In this document: piece after piece, positions 22,496 through 33,675 of the stretch
Numbering within the stretch: the first letter of the stretch is position 1
Layout of the letters: every line of letters starts with the position of its first letter
Translations under genes and position numbers: made by a program
The notes under the pieces: generated by a model
Seen by the model: the letters and a program-made list of their open reading frames with translations, nothing else
Database searches by the model: none
Told to the model about the DNA's origin: nothing
From: an uncultured Nitrososphaerales archaeon
GTDB lineage: Archaea; Thermoproteota; Nitrososphaeria; Nitrososphaerales; Nitrososphaeraceae
Direction: 5' to 3'
Assembly: GCA_963713605.1 (NCBI GenBank)
Contig: CAVQMO010000001.1
Coordinates: 128,001 to 192,000, forward strand
DNA length: 64,000 nucleotides

Positions 22496-23158
22496 AACTG
22501 AATTACCGATGGGATGCAGAGCAGCTGATATGCTAAATGATGCATTCAATGCAGAGCCTGTACAATAATCTTATTTCTTCCTATCTTTGAGTATGTATTT
22601 ATTCATACCTGGCATACTGATCTATGATTTTCAACACCAATTTAATATAATTCATTGTTCTCCCTAAGAATATCAATGATATCATCAGAATTGTACAAAT
22701 ATTGTATCTTAACTAATTGTCGATCAGTAGATTCTTTTAGTCTGGCGAGAGTTAAAATCAGTTTAGTTGAAGGTGAATAAAGAAGTATGAAAGATATCAA
22801 TGAAATAGATTACTGCGAAAATCCGGATCATGAATCAAAATTAGTACCTAATGTAAACTTCTTATTTTTTCAGGTAATCATTCTCCTGAAGTGGTTCTCC
22901 TTATCACTTTCTACCCCGAGGAGAAGAAATAAATTCGATTATATAATCATCCACTTCTATCTAGGTTTGAAAGAAGATGGTACTACTCATACACCTTATT
23001 CCTTTCAAGATCCTGCATTCCCGCTGCTAAAGCCATAAGTTGATCTATCTAATTTCTTGACTTCAGTTTGAGCTCTAGTTTCGTCCGTTGTTGTTATTTG
23101 TTTCTTAGCATTCTTGGTAACGGTATTACCTCTTGCCATATGGCATACTTATAATGCA

Positions 23159-24397
23159 TTAGCGATCTAATTGCGGAACGAAATACATGTCTCTTACCCG
23201 AAGTAAACAGTGACGACTGCTATTACAACTATTACAGCTATTATTACTATTGCTGCTGCAACATTCATGATTGATCTTTATGTTTAATTGTGGGAATGAT
23301 GACGATGACGATCCTCCTCCTAAGCTTGCGACTTGAATGTATTTATCAAATATTGGAAGAAGAATCTTAATGTATAAAGAAGACTGATGGTGATAATTCC
23401 AAGACACTACGCATCGAGTTCGACTTGACGATATTGCTATCTTCCTTATCGCAGAAACAATTTCTTTTATTAGATGTTTCGCTTCTTTACGATCAATGTT
23501 GGGATCATGAGTAAACATGTGCAATAAATCTGGAACAATTACTAGACACGTGTCAAGTTGTCTAATGATATTAGGTAATTCTTTAATAATTAGATTGGTT
23601 AGCTGATGGATTGTAAAAGCTCTACTTACAACTATTCTTTGTAAAGTCTCTTTTATGTCTAAACCATACTGCCTTATAAATTCTACAAATTGATAAAAAT
23701 CTAAACTATTTCCAGCATCCACAATTACTACATATGGCAATAAAAGTGGTGACGATGATGCTGATGATAAACTGAAGCCTTCTTGTCGCCGTAATAAAGA
23801 TAAAGAGTAGATACATAGTCTGGTCAAGAGAACATTTGTGAATTTTCTATTATTTTTGCTATGATTATTATCGCCAATTATAGCTAATGTATTGCCATCC
23901 GTATTAAGGTTCTGAAGAGAAGAATCTAAAGCCTCGATATCGAACATCAGTTTGCTAATAAATTCATCATACGCCGTCTGGAATTTTGATGAGAGTATTG
24001 GCGATTGTGATGCTAACGATCGTCTTTTGTGGTATTTGTCATATAGTTGCTGTGGTTGTGGTGGATTTTTCCATTCTTTTTTCAGAGTCTTTAGGATAGA
24101 ACCACATTTTGGGCATTCTTCTTCCACATTGATTGTCAAAAGATCCTGACATGCCTCTCCTATTGTCTTCTTTAGTAACGTTCCGCACTCTGAACAGGAG
24201 TATTCTAAGAGTTGGTAATTCATTCTGAATGAAGTGACCGCCATATAAGACCTTATAATGAGTAAGGTGTGTTGCCATGGGGGAGGGATAGTTAGGTTTG
24301 TCTTGAGATAAAATAGTTGTCCATTACCTGAATCAATATTGCACTGCAAAGACATCCTCGTACAGATATCTAGAATAAAAAATTGGAGTTCTAACAA
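23159..24397 (-). CDS. Zn-ribbon plus inactivated RadA/RecA-like ATPase
   Basis: CSECG...CPKCG; IVDAGNSLDFY...LQRIVVSRAFTIHQL; no intact Walker A; true start probably near 24243. Confidence 0.7.
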   Translation of the reverse strand: MLELQFFILDICTRMSLQCNIDSGNGQLFYLKTNLTIPPPWQHTLLIIRSYMAVTSFRMNYQLLEYSCSECGTLLKKTIGEACQDLLTINVEEECPKCGSILKTLKKEWKNPPQPQQLYDKYHKRRSLASQSPILSSKFQTAYDEFISKLMFDIEALDSSLQNLNTDGNTLAIIGDNNHSKNNRKFTNVLLTRLCIYSLSLLRRQEGFSLSSASSSPLLLPYVVIVDAGNSLDFYQFVEFIRQYGLDIKETLQRIVVSRAFTIHQLTNLIIKELPNIIRQLDTCLVIVPDLLHMFTHDPNIDRKEAKHLIKEIVSAIRKIAISSSRTRCVVSWNYHHQSSLYIKILLPIFDKYIQVASLGGGSSSSSFPQLNIKINHECCSSNSNNSCNSCNSSRHCLLRVRDMYFVPQLDR

Positions 24398-24970
24398 AGC
24401 ATACTATACCAAGCCGGAATAAATTCGAAGATAACTTTCCTTAGTCTGTAGTTTCTATTCCCTATTATTAGATTAGCTTATCTAACGTTGTTGTCGTAAG
24501 GAAATAAGCAATTAGGCTGCTTCCCGATTTTGAAACCGGTCAATTAATTGAAATTGTGCGATTTCAGATATAGATGATCTAACTCAGCTGAGCTCTTGTA
24601 TCTTCCTATTTGTTACAAGTGTCTCCGCTTAACTCGTCTCTCATCTCCTCCTAATTCATCCGCCGTCTTTCGATGACATGATCAAAAAAACCTTTTTTAT
24701 AGTATACCATTCGATACTAATTTGAATCCAAAAATATAGAGGAATCTTGATTAGGGGTCGGCTACAGCTTTCACGACTAATGGATAATTGAACACGTCAA
24801 TCTCCTCCACCCTAAGTCTCAAATTCTGCTCTGTTCTGTACAATGGTAGCATTTATGCATTAGTTGGTGAATTACATTGCGACAATAACCCTCATCTTTG
24901 GGCATTTGCATTCAAATGTTAATTGCACTTCGCCTCGAATGGATCTAGTTACCGGAGAGCTCATTTCGCA

Positions 24971-24998
24971 AATCCTCCGTCTTAAAGAGCGGAGGCTT
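24971..24998. mobile_element. Hairpin resembling an IS200/IS605 subterminal end
   Basis: CCTCCG-TCTTAAAGAG-CGGAGG, GC-rich in an AT-rich spacer; no tnpA/tnpB seen. Confidence 0.35.
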
Positions 24999-25284
24999 TA
25001 ACGAATCGGACAATCTTGCTATGTCGGTAAATGAGCTATGTGTAGAGCTCTGCAAAATGAACATTCACTAATAGCATGGTGCTTCTTGGAAGATCCATTT
25101 CCTTTCATATAATTTGATATCCTTAAAGGTAGAGCTAACTGGCTTTTACTGATAACTGAACGTTAGCAAATAAAAATGTAAACAATGAAGGATTATTACA
25201 ATTCTTCGGCTGTATAACTTGCAGTCGGTAATCTTACTGCTACTCGTAATATATAGATGGTTCATATAGACATATACAAATTTG

Positions 25285-25412
25285 TGGTGCGGTCACCGGG
25301 ATTTGAATTCCCGCCCTATCTTGATAAAAGATCGAGTCCCGGGTTACGGGCTAGCCTCGTATCTTAGGATACATGGAAGGCCAGTGTACTAACCAAACTA
25401 TACGATGACCGC
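25285..25412 (-). tRNA. tRNA-Gly(TCC) with two introns (25353-25373 at 37/38; 25308-25337 at 53/54), CCA encoded
   Basis: Removing the 21-nt and 30-nt inserts gives a 77-nt cloverleaf: GCGGTCA..CTGGC CT TCC AA GCCCG..CCGGG TTCAAAT CCCGG TGACCGC ACCA; both inserts form BHB-type motifs. Confidence 0.92.
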
Positions 25413-25540
25413 ACATATATTTAGGCTCGCAAGCAATGGCTATTTATTTCTATGTTATAGTATTTTGTCCGTGATATATGCATCCTATGATCGGAGTTAC
25501 TTAAGCAAGGCTTATAATAACAACTTACAATGAAGCTTGT

Positions 25541-27023
25541 GTGATGAATGAATTAATTACCAAACATGGCAATCATAAAATTCAAAAGGTTAATGATTTT
25601 GAATTCCGGCTCGAAAAGAATGAAAGGAAAGGAATGAATGTTCCAGTTACCATTTTCTCAGACGATCTTCTAATTTCCAAAATGGTCACAGATCGAACGA
25701 TCGATCAAGCTGCTAATGTTGCCACACTCCCGGGCGTAAGAAAGCATGTCGTGGTCCTCCCTGACGGTCACGAGGGCTACGGTTTTCCTGTAGGAGGGGT
25801 TGCCGCAACCGATTTGGTCGAAGGCGTCATCAGTCCAGGAGGTGTTGGATATGACATTAACTGTGGTGTAAGACTGATCCGCACAAACCTGACTGAAAAA
25901 GATCTTTTGAAGAGAGGAATCAAAAAAGTAGTTGATGACCTCTTTAAGACCATACCTTCTGGCGTAGGAAAAACAGGTTCTATTAGATTAACGAAATCTA
26001 GTCTTGATGAAATTCTCGTTGAAGGTGTGAAATGGACTATTGAAAACGGGTACGGTTGGGAACAGGACGCTGAGGTTTGTGAGGAGGGAGGCAAGATGAT
26101 TGGAGCTGATCCAGATAGTGTTACGGAGACTGCTAAGAAGAGAGGGATGAACCAGCTAGGGAGTCTCGGTTCTGGAAATCACTTCCTAGAAATTCAGAAG
26201 ATAGATAAAATCCTTGATGAAAGGGCAGCAGACTGCTATGGGTTTAAATGAAATAGGCCAAGTGACAATTCTCATTCATTGCGGATCTAGAGGTTTAGGT
26301 CATCAAGTATGCAGTGATTACCTACGCCTTTCTGAAAGTATTTCAAGAAAGTACGAGTTAAAAGTAGTTGATAGAGAATTGGCTTGTGTTCCGAATAACT
26401 CTCAGGAGGGCATGAACTATCGGAAAGCAATGTATTCTGCACTCAATTTTGCTTGGTGCAATAGGCAATTAATTACACATTGGACGAGAAAGACATTTGG
26501 AAAACTGTTTGGTACAAGTGAACAAGGGCTGGATATGAACCTAGTATATGATGTCTCGCATAATATTGCCAAGATAGAGCGCTACTATATCAATGGCGAG
26601 GGAACACGTGATTTAATGATTCATCGTAAAGGCGCAACTAGGGCATTCCCTGCAGGGATGTCGCAGGTATCTGAAAGATATCGAGCCGTGGGCCAGCCAG
26701 TTATCATACCTGGATCTATGGGAACTGCAAGTTGGATTCTACTAGGCAATGAGAAATCCCTTGATTTGAGCTTCGGCTCTACCGCTCATGGTGCTGGAAG
26801 AACCATGTCAAGATCGGCCGCAAAGCGAACATACTCTTTGGATGAAGTCAGAAATAATCTCACAGATAAAGGTATTTATCTCAAAGCCCTATCTAAAGAA
26901 GGTATCGTGGAAGAAACACCGAATGCATATAAAGATGTTGATAGGGTCGCTGCAATTTCTCATTCTGTTGGAATTGCAACGAAGGTGGCAAGATTAGTCC
27001 CGTTAGGTGTAATGAAGGGTTGA
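25541..27023 (+). CDS. rtcB: tRNA-splicing ligase RtcB; frameshift near 26231
   Basis: LPDGHEGYGFPVGG, VGYDINCGVR, GSLGSGNHFLE, HCGSRGLGH, HNIA, HRKGAT, PGSMG, STAHGAGR. Confidence 0.96.
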
Positions 27024-27442
27024 AGTCAGAAGAGGATCCAGATTTAGAGATCATAAAAGCTCGAAAAATGCTGAAGCTCAGAGAGCAAGCTGCTGCCACA
27101 GAAAAGCGACGAAAAATCCAAGATGAATCCAAATCTGTAGAAAGGTCAAAGAAACAGACTTTTCTCAAATATCTTTATGACCGAGGGGACGAGGTATTGT
27201 CTGCGGCTGAATCTCAATTTCCGGCACAATCCATGGCGGTAATGAATCGCATACTCGACTTAATAGAAAGAGGAGACATACAGCAGAAAATATCGGGAGG
27301 AGAATTGTTGTCACTTTTCCGTATGTTGGGAGTGAACATCAGAATGAATACAACTATAAAAATCGAAGATCATGGCAAATTGGTTTCCTTTTCTGATAAG
27401 TTGAAGGCTGACAGTGTTAAAAATGAAATTGAAACCAATTAG
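27020..27442 (+). CDS. PDCD5-like double-stranded DNA-binding protein
   Basis: DPDLEIIKARKMLKL...ISGGELLSLFR; overlaps the rtcB stop. Confidence 0.7.
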   Translation: MKSEEDPDLEIIKARKMLKLREQAAATEKRRKIQDESKSVERSKKQTFLKYLYDRGDEVLSAAESQFPAQSMAVMNRILDLIERGDIQQKISGGELLSLFRMLGVNIRMNTTIKIEDHGKLVSFSDKLKADSVKNEIETN

Positions 27443-27745
27443 ATTCCGTATGTCTTCAAAGTTCAGGTTCTAACCTATTTTAAGATTTCAGCCAGTTGTA
27501 TAGGGATGTTGGATTAATCCAATACCTCAGAAAGCAAGAACCCTATGATACTCTGTTCTAATTTTAAGTATCAATATCATCTCACTGAATTTGAGGCATC
27601 AGTAACTATAAAATATTAGAATAGTTATAATGCTTGTACTGTATCAGCTATCATGCGAAACCTAGTTTATCTAATGGAATCCCTGAGGCAGATATGTTTT
27701 AATTCGATTGTCAACTACTGATAGGAGTAACTATCTATTGAAAAA

Positions 27746-28492
27746 GTGCACCAAATGGATTACACAGAACTCATAAATATGACAAGAGGTTATCAACTTG
27801 GAGATATATCCAGTAACGAAAAGGCTCAAATTTACAGGATAATCAACTCTGAAGAATCAACTTATAGAATTGCATCATCAAAGTTTAGATTTCGACAGCA
27901 AAATTCCGAAGAAAGAAATGATTATACAGTATTAAAAAGGCTTATCGAGCTTCGATATGTTGAAGAAAATCAAGAACAGAGAAGAATATTCGGTGGAAGT
28001 ATGATATATAGGTTTACTACTCATGGTTTGCTTTATATTTTTGCAAACAAGCTAATCTACCCTCCTCAGCTACTCTTAAATTATAGTGTGAATAGCGTCC
28101 TCAAAACGCTTCTATTTCCGTATTTTGAAACTAAAACGATAAGTCAATGCACTGCTAGATTTTTTGAGGCAATTACTGAGTATTTGAATGAATGTGCAAG
28201 ATTATTGACAAATCAAAATGTCATTCTAAAATCCGAATTGGAAAGCCATGATAAAAGAGAAAACTCATTAAGATATGGATTAGAGGAATTAATCAAGGTA
28301 CTCGCAGTGAAGTTGGCCTTAATGTATAGTGAGTCAAATCTACTAACCATTTCTTCTGCACTTGCGCAAAATGACAGTGCAAGAGTCTCGCTATATGAAT
28401 TGGAAAGTTCAATGAAAGGTCTTATTGCTTCTGATAGGAAATTTATGCATATCTTGGAAAAAACCAAAGGTGAGCTTGATGAAATTAGATAA
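27746..28492 (+). CDS. Hypothetical protein, possible N-terminal winged helix
   Basis: LKRLIELRYVE...YRFTTHGLLY. Confidence 0.6.
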   Translation: MHQMDYTELINMTRGYQLGDISSNEKAQIYRIINSEESTYRIASSKFRFRQQNSEERNDYTVLKRLIELRYVEENQEQRRIFGGSMIYRFTTHGLLYIFANKLIYPPQLLLNYSVNSVLKTLLFPYFETKTISQCTARFFEAITEYLNECARLLTNQNVILKSELESHDKRENSLRYGLEELIKVLAVKLALMYSESNLLTISSALAQNDSARVSLYELESSMKGLIASDRKFMHILEKTKGELDEIR

Positions 28493-29527
28493 ATATTAGG
28501 TTTAATACCTAGTCGCTATCGGACCTCTTTCATTTGCCTAAAGATCTTTATGCTTTCTTTCGACCACCATCTACCACGTGGATTAGGTGGTGCCTATTAT
28601 CCACTATCTATTCACTCAATGCGTTATCAAATCGAAACGAGAAACTCTACAATAATATTGTTAAATGCGTCTACCATGATTAATGGCAGTTCTTTGAGAG
28701 ATCTACTCTGACATGAACAACGATTACTAGATCTTCAGAATTAATAAATACATTTTGTATCATTAAGCAAGGTGTTTAAAGTGCTAAAATCGAACGCCCC
28801 ATCAATTGCAATGATATTTTTGAATTGTTGTTGCAGCATCGAGTTGCAGACACCAATGTACTCTAATATATATATATTAGTAAAAAAATTGCCAAGCAAT
28901 TTATTCAAAATTATGCATCGATGCTAATAACTATGGACACTCACCGAGAGGGGAGGTACCTAAGTTAGTGCACAAGCAGTAATCCGCTTGGTCCTCACCA
29001 ATTATAGTAAGATCTGCTCTAGTAAATTAAGGATCTAGTATTAATAGTTGAGGTTTACTTTTCCTGCCTTTTCCATTTTTGGATCGCACAATGAGCACGA
29101 TATATCCTTATTCTCGTTACCGCGTTTCATACTATAGAACTTTATCACACTATGATTGTATGATGGGGACGAGTCTGAAGATAAGGAATACCGATCAAAA
29201 AGAAACTTTGCACTAGTTTCATTACTTTTTATTCTTAGACGATTCATCACAATGTTAACTGCAATGTAGTCCTTCTTTGTATATATCCTCTTATCCTAGA
29301 TACTTAAGGCTTTAACCTGCTCTGTGAATTTGATGCCTTAGGACTCTTAGAGTTGTACTTTGCCTATTCATAGGAGCGAGTGGATTAGTCCTAAAATGTC
29401 AATGGTATTATTTTCTTACACAATAAGGGCAGTCATTTGTTTTTAATGTAATAATATCTGACAAACCATTGGCAAAAAATTGGGACAATAGGTTCTAAAC
29501 TATAGTCCCATAGACTCAAAATGTCTT

Positions 29528-30928
29528 CTAGGTCGTATAGACATATTCCCGTAATCCGGCTTTTTCAGTCGATTTTCCTCCTATCTTGATCAATACAAAT
29601 TCCTTATTGCTATGATTGATAGAATCAAACAATTCCCTTCCTATTCCTCTGTGTAATCCTTCATATTCCTCCATTGAAAGCTTCATTCTAGGGCCGATCT
29701 CCTCTTCTAGATTCATTGTAGTTACTATTTCCTTATAGGAAGGTTGAATTACACCACTGAAAACCATTGCACTGCTACCGCTACCATAGGAACCGAAGCC
29801 TACCCTTTTTCCATCCAAATCAGTTCCTCTCCTATATTCAAACTCTATCGAGCTTCTGAACCCCATATACATTGAAGCGGTATATAGATTGCCGATCAAT
29901 TCGGAAGCCTTTAAAGAGCTCGCCATTTTCTTCTCATAAGCCTCGTGGTAAAGGGTTGTCTGCATAAACAGTCTCCGAAACTTCTCATCTGCTTTCATAA
30001 ATTCTGTATCCGCTAGAATAGATTCAATGGTTCCCCTAGGATCTTTTGGAGAAGGCTCTTCTACCCCTACTTCCCTAATAACATCTTTCCATCTAGGAAG
30101 GTTTCTCCACTCGTGTCTTAAGAGGTATGCCAAAGCCTTCTCACCCATCCGTCTGTAGGGGAGATGAACACTGATTAGATCAATATGATCAGTAATGGAT
30201 TCTCCTTCCTTAAGGTCAATTAGACCGTATCTCAATGCCTTTTCTTTATAACTGTCAAAGGCCTTCCTGACCTGTATCAAATATAGCAGATTTGAATAAG
30301 TCCCATTGACCAAAGGCGTTTCTTTTCCGAATGGCCGGTAAAAATCATACTCATTACTAATAATAGTCGACGTGACCTTTTGATCGAAGGCCAGCAATCT
30401 CGGATTCTCCTTGATCAGCATGGCTACTGCACCAGCTCCCTGGGTGTATTCAGCTGTCGAACCAATATCGTACTTAGCAATATCACTAACAATCACAATT
30501 GCAGCTTTACCATTATTTTCTTCCGCACGTATCCAATTTGCATTGTCATATAGAGCGTAAGATCCGCTTACACATGCAAATTTGCATTCGATTCCCCCTG
30601 CGTGTTCAAAAGAACCTTCACCATAAACCTGCTCAAGCATCCCAATCACAAAAGAATTCATTGCTTTTGATTCGTCAAGTGCTGATTCGGTTGCTACATA
30701 CATTCTCCCGATATCTTGGGGTTGCAAACCATTCTTCTTCATTAATGTTAAGCAGGCGTTGGACGCCATACAGGCCGGATCTTGATTAACATCAACTATA
30801 GCCATTTTCCTAATCCCTATACCGTATTCTAGCTTCTGGGGGTCTATTCCCCTCGCCTCCGCAAACTCTTTACAATCTACATAGAGCTTAGGAACGTAGA
30901 TAGCCAGATCATCGATTCCTACTGGCAT
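29528..30928 (-). CDS. mvaS: Hydroxymethylglutaryl-CoA synthase
   Basis: GIDDLAIYVP, ATESALDESK, KFAC (catalytic Cys), EYTQGAGAVA, GNLYTAS, SYGSG. Confidence 0.93.
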   Translation of the reverse strand: MPVGIDDLAIYVPKLYVDCKEFAEARGIDPQKLEYGIGIRKMAIVDVNQDPACMASNACLTLMKKNGLQPQDIGRMYVATESALDESKAMNSFVIGMLEQVYGEGSFEHAGGIECKFACVSGSYALYDNANWIRAEENNGKAAIVIVSDIAKYDIGSTAEYTQGAGAVAMLIKENPRLLAFDQKVTSTIISNEYDFYRPFGKETPLVNGTYSNLLYLIQVRKAFDSYKEKALRYGLIDLKEGESITDHIDLISVHLPYRRMGEKALAYLLRHEWRNLPRWKDVIREVGVEEPSPKDPRGTIESILADTEFMKADEKFRRLFMQTTLYHEAYEKKMASSLKASELIGNLYTASMYMGFRSSIEFEYRRGTDLDGKRVGFGSYGSGSSAMVFSGVIQPSYKEIVTTMNLEEEIGPRMKLSMEEYEGLHRGIGRELFDSINHSNKEFVLIKIGGKSTEKAGLREYVYTT

Positions 30929-31059
30929 GATGACATGACTTGACCTTTATAGACAATTTAAAGGTACGTCTAAGCTTATTTGACAAACTATCTTAACTCG
31001 ATTGACAATAACAAATGTCTTCTTATACTGTAAAGAGTCCTCGACTAAGAAACAGACAA

Positions 31060-32190
31060 TCAAAAGTACCTAATTATGTTATAGTAGTTGTCCCTTTCGC
31101 ATGGTCTGTACCCTATCTGCTTTATGGACTCTATTATCTTGCTTGCGGTTAATTCGGTGGACCTTGCCCCAGTAGCGCTAACAACCTCTTCTCCAATAAG
31201 TGTTCCTCCGAAATCGTCTGCTCCATAATTCAAGGCCAGCTGAGCCATACCAATTCCGTTGGTTAGCCATGAGGACTGCAAATGATTAATCAACCCGTAA
31301 AAGACAATCCTAGAGATCGCAATCATCTTTAGTAATCCCAATCCACCTGAAGAATACCTCACAGAACCGTCAGATTGCATTTCAGTTTTGTTGGGCTCGA
31401 AACTCCAGGGTATAAATGACATGAAGCCTCGCGTTTTTTCCTGCAATCTCGCAATTAGGAGTAGATGATTCGCCCTCTGTTCTGTCGTCTCCACCGTGCC
31501 GTACATCATAGTAGCAGAAGACCTAATTCCAAGGCTATGAGCCTCCTCCATGATTCTTAACCACTCATCAGTCTTAATTTTCAATGGACTAATTATAGAT
31601 TTTACGTTATCATCCAGTATCTCTGCACCTGCACCAGGAAGCGAGTCAAGCCCAGCCGACTTCAATCTACGAAGAATTTCCCTTGTAGTACTCCTCTCTA
31701 CTCTCGCTATCATATCTATTTCAGATGCAGATAGACCGTGGATACCGATTTCAGGATATCGCCTTTTTATTTCTCTGAATACTTCTTCATAATACTCGAT
31801 TCTAAGATTTGGATTATGACCACCTTGGATGAGAATTTGAGTTATGCCATATGCCTCCTTAGCCCCATTCACACGCTCGAGTATATGCCTGAGAGACAAT
31901 GTGTATGATTCTGAATGCCCCGGAGGTCTATAGAATGCACAGAATTTGCAATACGTTACACATACGTTGGTATAATTAAGTATAATATTATTAACAAAGC
32001 TGGCGTCATTCCCAAATAGTTTATTGCGCAAATAATTAGCTGAAATACCAAGAGAATAAGTATCATCAGATTCCAAGAGTCTAAGGTAATCGCTTAATTT
32101 AAGGCGACTTCCATCTAGAACATTATATACGATATCTGAAATATCTGACTTGTCGATCAAGTTCTGAGCAAACCCGGTCACTCTATTCAA
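31060..32190 (-). CDS. mqnC: Cyclic dehypoxanthine futalosine synthase (radical SAM)
   Basis: NYTNVCVTYCKFCAFYR, LIQGGHNP, SATMMYG, FIPWSF, LQSSWLT. Confidence 0.85.
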   Translation of the reverse strand: MNRVTGFAQNLIDKSDISDIVYNVLDGSRLKLSDYLRLLESDDTYSLGISANYLRNKLFGNDASFVNNIILNYTNVCVTYCKFCAFYRPPGHSESYTLSLRHILERVNGAKEAYGITQILIQGGHNPNLRIEYYEEVFREIKRRYPEIGIHGLSASEIDMIARVERSTTREILRRLKSAGLDSLPGAGAEILDDNVKSIISPLKIKTDEWLRIMEEAHSLGIRSSATMMYGTVETTEQRANHLLLIARLQEKTRGFMSFIPWSFEPNKTEMQSDGSVRYSSGGLGLLKMIAISRIVFYGLINHLQSSWLTNGIGMAQLALNYGADDFGGTLIGEEVVSATGARSTELTASKIIESIKQIGYRPCERDNYYNIIRYF

Positions 32191-32439
32191 TATATATGAT
32201 ATGTGAATTAATGATGTTATTTATTCTTTACAAACCCTAGAATTGATGATTCAACAAACGGAATACCTTTATCACAATCAACTTGCTTTCAGGTATACTT
32301 CTGATACTAGGAATGAATATGAACCTTTTAAAGCTCATTCAATGGAGTGATACTTTAAATCTACTCATATGGATCAAGCCGTGAAAAATGCAAGAAAAAG
32401 ATATGAGAATTGGCCTAGGAAGCTTTTGCTAGGAGACCG

Positions 32440-33585
32440 TTGCATAGGTTTTATATTGACATTCATAGACATAAGTCAACTAGATTGCAACAAGGTATTG
32501 AAAGAGTAACCCCTGCACTCGAGAAGGCGATGGCAGGCGAAGAACTATCACATAGTGATGGAATGCAACTCATGAATGAAGAGAACCTATTCTTACTGGG
32601 AGTGGTTGCAGATAATTTACGCAGGAAAAATAGCGGAAATACCGTAACATTCGTTTGTTCGTACTATCTCAATTATACGAACATCTGTGCCGCAAGTTGT
32701 CCACTCTGTGCTTTTTATAGAAAGGGTCAAGAGGGAGACGCTTATACCCTTACCGTCGAGCAACTCATCGCAAGGGCCAGAATAGCAGTGAACGAATTGG
32801 GAGCCACGGAGTTACACATTGTTGGAGGCTTTCATCCAAAGTTGGGACTGGATTACTATGAACGCATGATCATTTCTATTAAAAAGGAATTCCCTCATGT
32901 ATGTATAAAAGCACTCACACCAGCTGAAATTTTTTTCATTTCTAAGCTAACTAGGAATTCCGTAAAGGAAGTACTGAGTAGATTGAAGGATTCTGGGCTG
33001 GACGCATTACCTGGTGGTGGCGCAGAAATTTTTCACGAGCAAACAAGAAATTTGATTGTGAGAGGGAAATGTTCAGGAGAGGAATGGCTTGATACTGCCC
33101 GCCAAGCCCACGAAATAGGCTTGAGGAGCAACTGTACGATGCTCTTTGGCCATGTTGAGAAACCTGAACACATCGTTGATCATATCATCCGCATTCGAGA
33201 GTTACACAAGAATACCAATGGCTTCACTACGTTCATCCCACTAAAATTTAGCCTAGAAAATACCGAACTTGAGAAGAACCATATGATTCAGAGAGAAAGT
33301 CCATCGACGTACGACCTAAGAGTAATAGCAGTCTCAAGGATCCTACTATCAAACGTACTGAACAATATCTCTGTATATTGGATAGCCCTTGGAAAGAAGT
33401 TAGCTCAAGTCGCGCTCCAATACGGTGGCAACGACCTAGTCGGGACAGCGTTTTCTGAGGAAATATTCAAAGCGACAGGTAAGCATAATGTAACTTCAAC
33501 AGAAGAGCTAATTAGTTTAGTTGGTGAAATTAATAGACAACCTGCGCAAAGGGATACGTTTTTCAATATTCTCAAACGTTTTTAA
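32440..33585 (+). CDS. mqnE: Aminofutalosine synthase (radical SAM)
   Basis: NYTNICAASCPLCAF, ELHIVGG, PGGGAEIF, SNCTMLFGHVE, FIPLKF, YWI; start uncertain. Confidence 0.82.
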   Translation: MHRFYIDIHRHKSTRLQQGIERVTPALEKAMAGEELSHSDGMQLMNEENLFLLGVVADNLRRKNSGNTVTFVCSYYLNYTNICAASCPLCAFYRKGQEGDAYTLTVEQLIARARIAVNELGATELHIVGGFHPKLGLDYYERMIISIKKEFPHVCIKALTPAEIFFISKLTRNSVKEVLSRLKDSGLDALPGGGAEIFHEQTRNLIVRGKCSGEEWLDTARQAHEIGLRSNCTMLFGHVEKPEHIVDHIIRIRELHKNTNGFTTFIPLKFSLENTELEKNHMIQRESPSTYDLRVIAVSRILLSNVLNNISVYWIALGKKLAQVALQYGGNDLVGTAFSEEIFKATGKHNVTSTEELISLVGEINRQPAQRDTFFNILKRF

Positions 33586-33675
33586 CTTATTTGAGAATAT
33601 CTTTCTGTATTTTTGGACTCTTCCAATATTGGTCATGTCCTCCCTCAGGATATCATTCCTTTAAACAGAATTCAT

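Noticed and set aside
24819..24964. Possible frameshifted Cys-rich micro-ORF on the minus strand
   Set aside because: Requires assuming an indel; no recognisable motif
26214..26251. Programmed frameshift or naturally split rtcB
   Set aside because: No slippery sequence; fits the window-wide +1 insertion pattern
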